64,000 nucleotides of DNA from Octopus vulgaris. Lineage: Eukaryota. Where the stretch lies: the NCBI GenBank assembly GCA_951406725.2, contig OX597835.1, positions 27,900,001 through 27,964,000 on the forward strand, read 5' to 3'. Position 1 is the first letter of the stretch, and every line of letters starts with the position of its first letter. This document shows, piece by piece, positions 12,430-25,908 of the stretch. The translations under genes and the position numbers were made by a program. The notes under the pieces are model-generated. The model worked only from the letters and a program-made list of their open reading frames with translations. It had not been told where the DNA came from and searched no databases.

Positions 12430-12961
12430 CTGTATTTTCTGACATACAAGTCAACATAGTATATGGTGCAAACATAATATAAACACTCAAACATCATCAC
12501 TATTTTTTCCAGATTCTGCTGCATTTCACATGGAATATCTTTCCATCTTCCAAAGTCATCTTGGCTGTAAATTCTAGGTTCAAAAAATTCAACTTAAATG
12601 CTGGAAAATATGGTAAAATTTCCTCATCAGGCTTCAGTTTAAGCTAGGACTACAGTAGAATTGAACCCCAAACCACATAACTGCTAAGGAAATTCCCCTT
12701 AACAGCATTACTACGCCTACATCCATTCCTCGTGGACTGTCACTTTACTCATATTTATTTGTTTTTTTAGGTTTGCTAGTTTTTTATGAGGTTTTTTTGT
12801 TTCATTTTATTTGTTTATGGGTTTTTTTTTTGTTCCATTTATTTGTGTTTTGAGTTTTTTTTTTCTTTTAATTCCTAATGTAAATTAATGTTTATCTGTT
12901 GTTTACTTGTCACGATTGATCATCAGAACATTCAGGACCCTTGATTCCAGTAATTGGTTCA

Positions 12962-13074
12962 TCAATTTTCAATAAGTTGTTTATATCTTGTTGAATTAGC
13001 AACAAGATAGTATTGATTTTTGATAGAATACATTGTTAGGAAGCACCGAAGACACCGACATTGGAACAAGGAAG
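12962..13074 (-). CDS. Candidate terminal exon
   Basis: (TTTA)n tract then atttttgtactgttAG|CTT; frames give LPCSNVGVFGAS*, FLVPMSVSSVLPNNVFYQKSILSCC* or SLFQCRCLRCF...IEN*. Confidence 0.25.
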
Positions 13075-13097
13075 CTAACAGTACAAAAATAAGTAAG

Positions 13098-13132
<35 letters not shown>

Positions 13133-13137
13133 AGGAA

Positions 13138-13168
<31 letters not shown>

Positions 13169-14828
13169 ATGAATGAATGAATGAATGAATGAATAGATAA
13201 ATATAGTTCTTTGTTTTCGAACACAACAAACCAGATTTCTTCTTTCAAAAAATACCAAAAAAATACCAAAAATCAAAACATCAAGCATCAACTGTAACAT
13301 TGGCATTGCTTTGTCTTGGATCATGGTCGTAAGAAATCAGATCAAAGTCTCACATGATGCCACGTTAGCATCTTTGGTAATTTGGTATAAAAAATTTTAA
13401 AAATAAAAAATTTTAAAAAATCTCTTTGTTCTCCCACCCCACCACATCTGAGAACCGCAATAAAGCTATCGTAACAGCAAACACAACATCAGCACAATTA
13501 TAAGCCAGAGAGAGAGAGGACAAACAGACAGAGCTTCTACACGGTCAATTGATCTACTAAAAATAGCAGCCAACCATCTTTTGAATTGCACTGAATCGTG
13601 TAAAAAGAGCAAAAAAGGAAAAAGAGGTAAAAAAAAAAAAGGACACATTAGGTGATGTGGTTCTAGAGAATATGATGACTGAATCAAAGTTAGACTTGAT
13701 TGCTGTCTTTGATCATGGGTCCACTCAAACAAGGACAGCTTGGGGTTAAACAGTAATAAACATACCACTACTGATTGGTAAAAGAAGAAGAAGAGATTGG
13801 ATAATGTAGTTGCAAATTTCGTGGAACAAACAGAATGGCCACAGCTGGAAAGCCTTTGATCATGATTCTGCTTAACTGGTTTTGATCTGGGACATGCAAC
13901 CACATGATGAACAGGAAACAGGAACTATTATCATAGTAAAAGAGGTAATGAGAATTTGGGCAGTACATTAGTGTGTAAGTAGTTGTAGCAAGATAGAGGG
14001 TAAAATTTTGCAAGCAATCAATCAGATTCTTTACATGTTCATCTCAAATCCTGCCAAGGTCAACTTTGCCTCTCATCTATCCTTTTGGGTCAATACAATA
14101 AAGTACCAGTTACATAGTGGGGGTTATGGAATCAACTAAACCCTTCTGTTAAACTTCAGGCCTTGTTCTTGTATTAGAACATACAAAAATATAAGCATAA
14201 AGTTAGAAATTTAAGAAGAGGAGTTAGTTAATTAAATCAACCACTGATACTTGACTAATACTTTATTTAATCAACCCTGGGTGGATGAAAGGTGAAGATA
14301 ACCTCAGGAGGATTTGAACTCAGAATGTAAAGAGCCAAAGCTAAAAACTATAATACCTTTTGTTTAATGCTGTAATGATTCAGCCAATCCATCAACTTGA
14401 TAATAATGAATTATGAATCCAGATTAACTAAGATTAATATTTATTTATAAAATAGTTACAAAGCCACACATTTGAGAGGGTTTAGTAAAAACAGCCCTTT
14501 AGCATTCAGATGTCAAATTCAATGTTAAGTAATTCCCATTGTTTTGAATTAATCATGCATTGCCTCATAGCTGTGAGATTTCAACGATGTGATCGTTTAG
14601 TTTTAGAAGGGCATTGTAGGGTAGGTACAAGAGGTCAAATCTGGCTGTTTCGAACATAAAACAGGTAGAATATTTTGGTTGGATATGGTCAGTTCAAATA
14701 CTAAAGGATAAAAATCAACCTCTGACCCTGATGGGATTTGAACTCAGGATGTACAGAGCTGCAACTAAATACCAAAAGTCATTTTGTCCAAGGTTTCAGC
14801 AATTCTGCCAATCCACTGCTTCAAATCA

Positions 14829-15124
14829 TGCATTGCACATGATCTGATTAACAGAACAGCCTGCTCATGAAATTAACATGCAAGTGGTTGAATACTCCAC
14901 AGCTATGCATACTTTTCATGTAGTTCTCAGAGAAAGACGCAGCATGACACAAAATAGGTATAACTCATTGTTTGTCACTCGAGTGGGCTGGAGCAATTTG
15001 AAATAAAAGTGTCTTGCTCAAGGATGCAGTGCACCACCAAGAATTGAACACAGGACTTTACAACTGTAGCCGAGTACCCTAACCACTAAGCCACATGCTT
15101 TCACTGATATGTGTGTGTGTGTGC
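14829..15124 (-). mobile_element. tRNA/CORE-type SINE (family E), left arm of an inverted pair
   Basis: Near-identical reverse complement of 16387-16687. Confidence 0.85.
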
Positions 15125-16081
15125 TTCAGAAAATCGAAGTGGGGGAGGATTCCATGCCAACAGTGGTCAAACAGAGGTCAGTTGGACTAAGTAGTGGGTG
15201 AAAGCTACTAAAAAGAGACGCCAGTTAAGTTGTTGATTGGACTAACGAGGATTAATATTAACAGGATAACTACTAACAATATGCTGATACACACTAATAT
15301 GTTTTCATTATTTTCTGTGAGAAACAACAAATGTTCTTTATTGATTAAAGAAATAATGCCTTGGAGATATTTCCTCCTCTGCTACACAAGTTTCTAGATA
15401 CAAATTATCGGGTTTCTGGTTACAAAAATCAATTCACAATTTCCAGCAAAAATTGAAACCTGGAAGAAAGCATTTGAATTTGAAAAGCAATGCATAAACA
15501 AAAAAAAAAACAAAATTGAAGATTCAGAAATTAGTTAACAGTTAAGTGTCTCGTAAATAAACAGCAAATGAGGCACTTGAATTGATGTGTTGAAGATAAG
15601 TAGGGATAAATTCAATGCTAAAAACCAACACGAGGTGAAAAGACAAAAAAACAATAAAACTCAATTACGAAGGGCTTGTATGTATGTATAACAGAAAATA
15701 AAAGCAAACAGCATTAAGAGAGAAATAATGCTAATATAAAATTTTGGCAGGCTTCATCATATGCCCAATGCTGAGTAAATGTATAACCTCATTCGCTTGA
15801 TTAGCTGTATATCATGTTGCACAACAGCCAGAAGACTGGGTTTGTTTGTTTTTATTTGTATTTCTGTTTGATTTTGATATATATATATTTATTTATTTTG
15901 TTTTGGTTAGCTAAGAAAAATTAAAATTTATGATTGCATATCCGGTGCTGAGAGATATATAGGGAGATTATATGGCTATAAAAGGTTCATTGGTTCCAAA
16001 TTGCAAGTGTAATTTCAATTGTGCATAAATCTTCATAATTTCAGAAAAGATATAAATATGTATATGTATGCAAGCATGTGT

Positions 16082-16372
16082 GGAGACACATGGCCTAGTG
16101 GTTAGAGCAGCGGACTCGCGGTCAAGGGATCGCCGGTTCGAATCTCAGACCGGGTAATGTGTGTGCTTATGGGCGAAACACCTAAGCTGCACGCGGCTCC
16201 AGCAGAAGGTAATGGCAAACTTCTGTTAGTTCTTTCGCCACAACTTTCTCTCACTCTTTCCTCCTGCATCTTGCAGCTCACCTGCGACGGACCGGCGTCC
16301 CATCCAGGTGGGGAACCTATATGCCAAGGAAACCGGCCCTATGAGCCAGGCATGGCTCAAGAAGGGTCAAAC
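16082..16372 (+). mobile_element. tRNA-derived SINE (family D)
   Basis: Box A TGGCCTAGTGG, box B GGTTCGAATCT; related heads at 34377(-), 35193, 46302. Confidence 0.85.
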
Positions 16373-16386
16373 ATGCAAGCATGTAC

Positions 16387-16687
16387 GCACACACACACAC
16401 ATAAACATCAGTGAAAGCATGTGGCTCAGTGATTAGGGTACTCGGCTACGGTTGTAAAGTCCTGAGTTCAATTCCCCTGCAGTGCACTGCATCCTTGTGC
16501 AAGACACTTTTATTTCAAATTGCTCCAGCCCACTCGAGTGACAAATAATGAGTTGTACCTATTTTGTGTCATGCTGAGTCTTTCTCTGGGAACTACATGA
16601 AAAGCATGCATAGCTGTGGAGTATTCAGCCACTTGCATGTTAATTTCATGAGCAGGCTGTTCTGTTAATCAGATCATGTGGAATGCA
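16387..16687 (+). mobile_element. Family E SINE, right arm of the inverted pair
   Basis: Box A TGGCTCAGTGA, box B GAGTTCAATTCC, CORE-like CCTTGTGCAAGACACTT. Confidence 0.85.
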
Positions 16688-18410
16688 CATTGTAACTGAC
16701 AAAGTGCCAGTTGTGTGTGTGTGTGTGTGTGTGTGTTTGTGTGTGTGTTTGTGTGTGTGTTTGTCTGTGTGCTTGTGTGTGTGTGTGTGTGTGGAACCAG
16801 CACTTTTATGCGACACGTTGTAGGGTACAGGTCTTCTGTGTGGCGCACTGCTATACTCAAGAAGACCCATTCCCTTACAATGTGTCACATAAAAAAAAGT
16901 ACTAGTGCCCTCGTAAAAAGCATTGGTGCTGGTCCCACGTAAAAAGCACCCAGTACACTCTGTAGAGTGGTCGGTGCAGGAAGAGCATCCAGTTGTAGAA
17001 ACCAAGCTGAGACAGGCTGTGGAACCCTGCAGCTTGTTGGATCCTGTCGACTCACCTAACCCATGCCAGCATGGAAAACAGACGTTAAATGATGATGGTG
17101 GTGGTGGTGGTGATGATGAGGAGGAGGAGGATTACTTTCTTTACAGCACATACTCAGAATAGAAACAGAAATGCAAATAAGTGCATAGAAAAGATTATAA
17201 GAGTGTTATATACAGAGCAGACATAGGATAAACTTTACTAAAAATTATATTTGAAGTCTATTTTTACTTTAGAAAAGGACATTTGTATTATTACTGTCAT
17301 TAAAATTACAGCAATGTTGGTCACATCACAATTTAGATTAAGATGGAGCTCAGTCGCAAATAACTAAAGGTTGAAAATTCCATTTCGCACAACCACTTTT
17401 AGAAAGCAAACAGGTTTTGACTTTTTTTCATGTGATCTAGATTCTATATTTGGATTTTTACAGAACAGAAACCAGTTAATAAATTTGCATTTTTTTTTTT
17501 TTTTCTGTTAGTGAAATTCACCTGCCCTTTGTACAAGAGACAGATAGATCGACAGATAGAGAAGCTCTTTATTTGCAATGGAAATAGTTTGTAAAACTTC
17601 TCTAATGCCAGGCATCAGGCTATCTGTAGCTCCACTCTTGTAAGTATGTCATACATATCAAGCTCTTCTAGTAAGCTGTCTAAGTAATACACGGACTTCA
17701 GCTTAAGCTGGCCTGTCTTGCTAGCTGTATCCAGACAGCGAATGCGCCTAAAGATTTTGCTTCTTTCGGTCCATCAGAGATTTCATGGCACCATTAATGT
17801 ATCAATTTCTTTGCAGTGTTTCTATTGATCAATCTGTCATAGTGACACTTTCAGCACCTCGTTCAGTCTTTTGTTTCTAAGAAGAAAACAGACAATTCCA
17901 TTCTCATGTATTTTATACCCCACTTTAAATGATACCCTGATATTTTTTAATACTTCATATAACTTGCCGCCGTCTTCTTATGGCCAGGTTCCAGCCCAGG
18001 CTACAGCAACAAAGTCCACTCACCACACCACACCACTCAGTTCAACATCACAGCCTTGAGCTCCTGTGATAAAATTGTCAATGGAAGTGTGACAACATTT
18101 TCTTCTTCTTACATTACCATGAAATGGCTTTCACAAGACTAATTTGGACACTTCCAGATCAGGGTGGCACAGGCAGTGACCAGATAGTCGCAGTTGTCTT
18201 TGGCCGATCTTTTTGCTAGTATACACCGGTCTCCATAAAGGCATTCGCTTGTCATATATATATATATATCACCGTGATCACCGTGACCGACCAGGCTATC
18301 AGATGTTGCTACACATCGCTGGTCACAATGCGCTTTGCATTGTTTTAGCCTTCAAATGACGCCACCCCGCTGGCTAAGTGAGCAGGCCATATATATATAT
18401 ATATATATAT

Positions 18411-18650
18411 CATCATCATCATCATCATCGTTTAACGTCCGTTTTCCGCGCTAGCACGGGTTGGACGGTTTCGACCGGGGTCTGGGGAGCTCGGGACTGC
18501 CCCAGGCTCCAGTCTAGTCTGGCAGTGTTTCTACAGCTGGATGCCCTTCCTAACGCCAACCACTCCGCGAGTGTAGTGGGTGTTTTTTACGTGCCACCTG
18601 CACAGGTGCCAGAGGGGTCTGGCATCGGCCACGTTCGGATGGTGCTTTTT
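18411..18650 (-). mobile_element. RTE 3'UTR fragment (family C), CpG-rich young copy
   Basis: (CAT)n-CGTTTAACGTCCG...GGATGCCCTTCCTAACGCCAACC. Confidence 0.85.
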
Positions 18651-19153
18651 ATGGGGGTGTGCAGAAATATAGGGGAGCACCAGTGGGAGGGGTGGTTCAG
18701 AGGACAGGTACTAGGCAAGTAGAACGTAGGATATCGAGAGACGGGTAATGCATGGTGAAATAGCGTATTGAAGAGGGGGGTTCAAAGAGTAGACACCTAT
18801 AATGGTGGTGGGGGGGTGCAGAAATATAGGGGAGCACCAGTGGGAGGGGTGGTTCAGAGGACTTTTACATTGTCGTCTGTCTGGACTCCTCTCTTCCTAC
18901 CCCTCGCCATGGCTATGCATACTTAAGCTAGTAACCTGCCTCATTCTTGATTCCGAATTCCTTTTGCCAAGTCTGTCCGTAAACGAAGTGATCCCAAGAT
19001 AAGAAATCTTTGAACTTTAATTCATCCGTATCTCTATTTATTATTATTATTTATTAATTATTATTATTCTGATCCCCCTAGTCGCCACTCTGTTTACTAT
19101 TTCAGCCTCGCCTCGTTTTTGCATATTCTGTATAATTCACTAGTTATCGTTAT

Positions 19154-19191
<38 letters not shown>

Positions 19192-19195
<4 letters not shown>

Positions 19196-19390
19196 AAAGT
19201 TTACGAAAAAACAAAAGACAAAGACAGGTGGTGTACAAAACAAACAGATGTATTAGTATAATGCTCAGGAATAGAAAAAGTCTTTTAAGTTTCGAGCCTA
19301 TGCTCTTCTACAGAAAGGGACACAGAAAAAAGACAAGGAGAGAAACAAGGAGAGAAAAAAAATGTGTGTAGTGGCTAACGATCTATCACA
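19192..19390 (-). mobile_element. Penelope-like element in (TA)n with hammerhead-like motif
   Basis: Minus strand TTTCTGTAGAAGAGCATAGGCTCGAAAC; copies at 45836 and 61430. Confidence 0.6.
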
Positions 19391-20028
19391 TATATATATA
19401 TATATATGATAGGTTTCTTTCAGTTTCCGTCTACCAAGTCCATTCACAAGGCTTTGGTTGGCCGGAAGCTATATTAGAAGACACTTGCCAAGGTGCCATG
19501 CACTGGGACTGAACCCAGAACCATATGATTGGGAAGCAAGCTTCTTACCACACAGCCATGCCTAAGCCTACACAACCATTCCTGTGCCTTAAGATATATA
19601 TATCTTTACTGGAAAATTGTTATTTTGAATGAGATAGCATAACAGTTAAACCATTGCTTCAAATTCCATGTAAATCCGTACATATCCAACTTCCGATCAA
19701 GTCCTGAAACCTCATTTCTCCTTGAATTTTCATTTGGTGCTATATGCGATTGAACAACTTACAGAGTATATATATCCAAGATCAGAATAAAACGACTGAT
19801 TCATTAAACATTTCATTATAGCAACAAAAATTATCTTTACATGTGTTTCTCTAGTATATACTAGTGTTATTGTGCATGTGGTTATCATGACATAGACAAT
19901 TGCATAATCACCTCAGAATGCCAAATCATCAGAAAAACAATGTAATTTAGTCCACTGTTAGTTACCAACTTTAGTTGATAGGAAGAGCCAATCTGAGAAC
20001 TGCATGTAAATTCAGTAGATTAGTCTAC

Positions 20029-20072
<44 letters not shown>

Positions 20073-22042
20073 CATAACCATTAAGGAAAGGAATATGGAT
20101 ATTTTTATTTTATCATTGTGAGATAAAGAAAGAGGGAGAGAGAGAGAGAGAGATTGATTTTTAAGTGCAGTCAGGATGTCTGAAGAAGAAAAGAAATTCA
20201 ATACCTCAACTATCTTAGATCAAGGAAAGTTTCAAGTTAATGATGATAAAATAGGTGAGAATTTAGAAGCAGAAAAAGGGTTGGACAGTACATGCTTGTT
20301 CACTTTTGCACACACATGCACTCAAACACATGAATATATATGTATATACACATGGAAGTTAATATAAGTTTAAGGACTCACATGTGCACACACACAGTTT
20401 ATTTCCATCGCTTCAATAAGACCAAACATATGTGCCATCAGCCAACTGAGGGAGGGAGGGAGATAGAGAGAAACTCAATAGACAACACCGCTCTCTCTGT
20501 CTGTCTCTCTCTCTCTCCACTGAGCTGAATGATAGCCTTACTGAAGTGATCGAAATGAACTATGTGAGAGTGTATATGTATGGGAAAGTACTTGAAGAAA
20601 TTACATTACTTTACATAGACATGTGTGTATGTGTGTGTGTATAGACAGAGAGACAGACAGATTAATAAATGAATGAATGAACAGATGGATGGATGAATGA
20701 ATGACTGAATGGATGGATGGATGGATATGGGTAGATAGATAGATAGACACACATGTATATGTGTGTGGCGTGCATGAGTATGGGTGAATGAACAAACATG
20801 TACTGTAAGACCCTTTTTCTGCCTATAAATTCTTAGTCATTTATCATCATTAACTTGATATTTTCTTTCATCTAAAATAGATTAAGCGTTGAATTTCTTC
20901 TCTTCCCAGACAATCTGACTGCACTTATAACCAATCTCTCTCTCCCTCTTTCTTCATCACAGCAATAAAATAGAACATATATATATAACTTCTTTCCTTA
21001 ATGGCTATATATATATATATAGAATGATCTACTAACCAAGTGACATTGGTGATCAGCGAAAGATTAAATTACATTTTTCTTCTGATGATCTGGCATTCTA
21101 AGGTGATTATGCAAGCATCTAAGAAACAATTACCACACAGTATACAAGAACATGCTAGTGAAACACATGTAAAGATTATATAATTTATGATATTATAATC
21201 CGTTCTATTATAGGTACAAGGCCTGAAATTTATGGAGAGGTGGGTAAGTCGATTACATTGACCCCAATGCATAACTGGTACTTACTTAATCGACCCCAAA
21301 AGGATGAAAGCAAAGTCAACCTCAGTGGAATAATTCATGATTTAATAAAAAGCTTGAATGAATCTCATTTTTATTTTACACTTGCACATGCACATATGCA
21401 CACACACATATAAAGGTGCAAGCATGGCTGTGTGGTAAGAAATTTGCTTCCCAGCCACGTCGTTCTGGGTTCAATCCCACTGCATAGCACCTTGGGCAAG
21501 TGTCTTCTACTATAGCGTCAGGTTGACCAAAGCCTTGAGAGTGGGTTTTGTAGATGGAAACTGAAAGAAGCCCATCATGTGTGTGTGTGCGTTTTTGTGT
21601 TTTGCTTGCTCCCACCACCACTTGACAATCAGTGTTGAGCAGTTCAGCAAAAGAGACCAATAGAATAAGTATTAGGCTTTAAAAAAAATAAGTACTGGGC
21701 TTAATTAGTTTGACTAAAATTCTTCAAGGCAATGCCCCAGCATGGGCACAATAAATGAACGAAGCAAGTAAAAGATAAAAGATACACACGGTATAAAGAG
21801 GTAGGTATATTTTTTCTGTAAAAGGAAGTAGATTTAAAATTTCGTAAAATAACCTTGGGGCAGTTTTCTGTAAAAAGAGAGTTCTGGGTCTGTTTAGTCG
21901 ATAATTAGATACTGATGTTTCTGAGTTTTGGTAAGTTCATCCACAGTGGGGAGAAAAAAAGGATCAAACACTTCATGGCTATTTCTTCATCTTAGAGATA
22001 ATTTTTTTTTCCACTTCTCTTATGTAAACACACAAAACTACA

Positions 22043-22876
22043 TCATCATCGTTTAACGTCCACTTTCCATGCTGGTATGGGTTAGATGCTTTAACATGGA
22101 ACTGGTTAGCTGGGAGCTGTCCAGACTGTCTGTTGTGGCATGGTCTCTTATTTCTTAATTGCCCTCAAGGGGCTAAACATAGAGGGGACAAACAAGGACA
22201 GTCAAAGGGATTAAGTCGATTATATCGATCCCAGTGCGTAACTGGTACTTATTTAATCGACCCCAAAATGATGAAAGGCAAAGTCGATCTCAGCAGAATT
22301 TGAACTCAGAACGTAGCAGCAGACAAAGATACTTATTTCTTTACTACCCACAAGGGGCTAAACACAGAGAGGACAAACAAGGACAGATATATGGATTAAG
22401 TCGATTATATTGGCCCCAGTGCATAACTGGTACTTATTAAATCGACCTCCGAAAGGATGAAAGGCAAAGTCGACCTCAGCGGAATTTGAACTCAGAACTT
22501 AGCGGCAGACGAAATACCGCTAAGCATTTCGTACAGTGTGCTAATGTTTCTGTCAACTCACCGCCATTTGTGGCATGGTTTCTATGGATGGTCACCCTTC
22601 CTAACGCCAACCACTTAACAGAGTGTGTTAGGTGTCTTTTACATATCACTTGCACAGGTGTGTTTATGCAGCACTGGCACAGGTGCTTTTTTGTCCTGAA
22701 AGGACACACCTGTATGTGTGGAAGACAGAAATTTTACTTAGCTTGACACACCTTATCAAGTACAGCAAATTGCTACATATTACGGTCCCTCGTCATTTCT
22801 TGAGTGAGGCCCAGCATCTGAAGATCCTTCCTCACCACTTCATCCCAGGTTTTCCTGGATCTCCTCCTTCCACAGT
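22043..22876 (-). mobile_element. RTE LINE 3' end with nested family A SINE dimer (22145-22568)
   Basis: Minus strand CGRRRSRKTWDEVVRKDLQMLGLTQEMTRDR followed by family C UTR and (GAT)n; nested SINE flanked by TSD TTGTGGCATGGT. Confidence 0.85.
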
Positions 22877-22935
22877 GCTGATACAAACCATCATGATCTC
22901 TGGTTTTCTACAACTTTAGATTATATCAAATAATA

Positions 22936-23336
22936 GGCGCAGGAGTGGCTGTGTGGTAAGTAGCTTGCTAACCAACCACATGGTTCCGGGTTCAGTCCCA
23001 CTGCGTGGCATCTTGGGAAAGTGTCTTCTGCTATAGCCCCGGGCCGACCAATGCCTTGTGAGTGGATTTGGTTGACGGAAACTGAAAGAAGCCTGTCGTA
23101 TATATGTATATATATATTTATATTTGTATGTATTTGTGTGTCTGTGTTTGTCCCCCTAGCATTGCTTGACAACCAATGCTGGTGTGTTTACATCCCCGTC
23201 ACTTAGCAGTTCGGCAAAAGAGACCAATAGAATAAGTACTGGGCTTACAAAGAATAAGTCCCGGGGTCAATTTGCTTGACTAAAGGCGGTGCTCCAGCAT
23301 GGCCGCAGTCAAATGACTGAAACAAGTAAAAGAGTA
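22936..23336 (+). mobile_element. Full-length family B CORE-type SINE
   Basis: Box A TGGCTGTGTGG, box B GGTTCAGTCCC, CORE-like domain, internal TA/TG repeat, tail GAAACAAGTAAAAGAGT. Confidence 0.9.
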
Positions 23337-24219
23337 AGTGTAATTACACTGGTAACTTAACAATGTAGTGTATGACAGAATTATCATTAATTTCTTAATG
23401 ACGGGCAACATAAAAAACTACTCTTGTGGCTTCTGTGTATAATCCCACAATATAAAGGATGAACTCCAGAGTAACACTGCTTAATAGGCATGTAGCAGGA
23501 ATGTTCAGCAGTAACATCAATACACTCGATGTCACGATTCGCTAGAATATCAATCACATGATCAACAAGATGTGACCAATCATGACTTCTCATGGAATAG
23601 GCCCCAGTGATAATTTCATCTTTTGACATACTTCCTTCTGAGCCCACCCATCAGTATAAATTCAGCACACCTCCACTACTTGTAATTTATGATATTATAA
23701 TCCTTTCTATTATAGGTACAAGGCCTGAAATTTGTGGGGAGGGGGGGTAATTCGAGGGCTTCGGGATGCAACAGGGAGAACATTAAGAGAAAGCAGACAG
23801 ATGGTGAACAGACATGGACAGCTGCTGACAGCAACCCCAATGAACACAACAACCAGAAGTTAACTTTTTGACTAACAATCACACCAAAAACAATAACATT
23901 CAAACTTCCTCAATATTTTGTCATTTGTAGAAATGAGAGCATTTGCCTTTTTGTGAATGGAAAGAATAAAAGTTTTGTCAAAAACTGACTTCATCTGGAC
24001 TCATAAACAAACTATATTAAGACTATCATACACACATACACATGTATGTACCCATGTATATATGTATGCATATATGTATGTATGTGTGTATGTGATTGTA
24101 CTTGAATGGTGATATTTTGTTTGTCATCATCTCGATGAAACAGTGGGGATGTTGACATGACTTGATTCCCTGCATTTTCAAAAATCTGCAGGATGTAAAA
24201 ACAACTCACTTTTACTTCT

Positions 24220-24594
24220 ACTCTTTTACTTGTTTCATTCGTTTGACTGCGGTCATGCTGGAGCACCACCTTTAGTCGAGCAAATCGATCCCAGGACTTA
24301 TTCTTTGTAAGCCTAGTACTTATTCTATCGGTCTCTTTTGCCAAACTGCTAAATTACGGGGGACATAAACACACCAGCATTGGTTGTCAAGCGATGTTGC
24401 GGGTGGGGACAAACACAGACACAAACAAACACACACACATATATATACACATATACATATATACGATGGACTTCTTTTAGTTTCTGTCTACCAAATTCAC
24501 TCACAAGATTTTGGTCGGCCCAAGGCTATAGTAGAAGACACTGGAACCACGTGGTTTGTAAGCAAGCTACTTACCACACAGCCACTCCTGCGCC
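24220..24594 (-). mobile_element. Family B SINE, inverted relative to the 22936 copy
   Basis: Reverse complement match with internal deletion. Confidence 0.88.
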
Positions 24595-25654
24595 TATGTA
24601 CCTTAATTAAAGAAACCAGCTCAGGACTGGTGACAAGATGAGAGTCCACTTGTAAAACCCTGCCTCAGTATCAATTCCCAACTACTGAATGAACAGCCAC
24701 TTCTTACTTAATGTCCAGCTTGCTAAACGGCCATTCATACCTATGGCTATTATCATACAGCTGCCAACATCATTCACCTACACTGCCATAATTGTCCAGC
24801 TGCCAACAAAGATTTCTTTGCAAAATAAAACAAATTCACCGTTTCCATGATAGCATTTCCACGATACTTTTATGTATTTCTTTATTCAGAGAAACTGTTT
24901 AATATGAAATTGATACTTGGTAACTTTACATATTCTTGTGAAACTCATTTGCTAGTTACCTGATATTGTGGCAGTATCTATAGATATTTTATGACCACAT
25001 GTTTGGAATGGAATATGGTTATTAAACGGGAAGTTCATTTATGGGACCTGGTTGCTAAATCAAGAATGGTTATGCAAAAGCACGCAAAAATAAACACATA
25101 AGCACAGTTGTGTATACACACACATACAGAGCTTCATTCACAAAGCATTGGTCAACCGAAAGTTAAAGACATCTACCCATGGAGCTGCACAGTGAAATTG
25201 AACCTGAAACCATGACATCATGAAACATACTTGTACCATGCTGGTGTCACATAACTGGCACCCATGCTAGTGACATGTAAAAAGCACCCATTACACTCAT
25301 GGAGTGGTTGACGTAAGGAAGGGCATCCAGCCATAGATACCACGCCAAATCAGACTGGAACCTGATACAGCTCCCCACATAATGATGATGATGATGATAT
25401 ATGCTTTTATTCGGCAATATAACCGTTTTAATATGGTATTGTATAGAGACATTCTATTTCAGCAATATCGAGGAATATGTTGTCATGAAACGCGCGTAGT
25501 CAAGATAATGTAAAATATATGATTTATAATAAGAATTGAAGGTATTAATTTTGATAATTTGGTATAAGAATTGTAGGTATTAATTTTGATAATTTTAATA
25601 TTTAGTCCTATATGTACATATTCTGGATAATGTCATTCAATGATGATTGAGTTG

Positions 25655-25862
25655 CTTGGTGACTGCGTGTGTACCGTTGGCGATTTTCTTTTTTTTTTCC
25701 TCTGTCTTCCCTTCTCTGGATCTTTCCTTCTCCTATATTTCCGATGAAGAGCTCAGCTCGAAACGTTAAACCCTCCTTTCCTTCTTTCCTGAGAGTCCAA
25801 TAATACTATATTTGTTCCACGTCCTCGTGTTGTTGTGTTTTTTGTGCCTTCATGTTTGGATC

Positions 25863-25866
<4 letters not shown>
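25655..25866 (+). mobile_element. Penelope-like element with hammerhead-like motif
   Basis: TTT-CCGATGA-AGAGC-TCA-GCTC-GAAACGTT-AAA at 25738-25770; ends in (TA)n. Confidence 0.62.

Positions 25867-25908
<42 letters not shown>

Noticed and set aside
16082-16155. tRNA-like sequence (also 22936, 34377, 46302)
   Set aside because: SINE heads with A/B boxes that run into SINE bodies; no complete cloverleaf
20176-20367. ORF MSEEEKKFNTST... with possible GTGAGA donor
   Set aside because: No recognisable homology or partner exons; purine-rich context explains the open frame
23387-23647. 86-aa minus-strand ORF in unique DNA
   Set aside because: No family recognised, GTG start, no convincing splice sites
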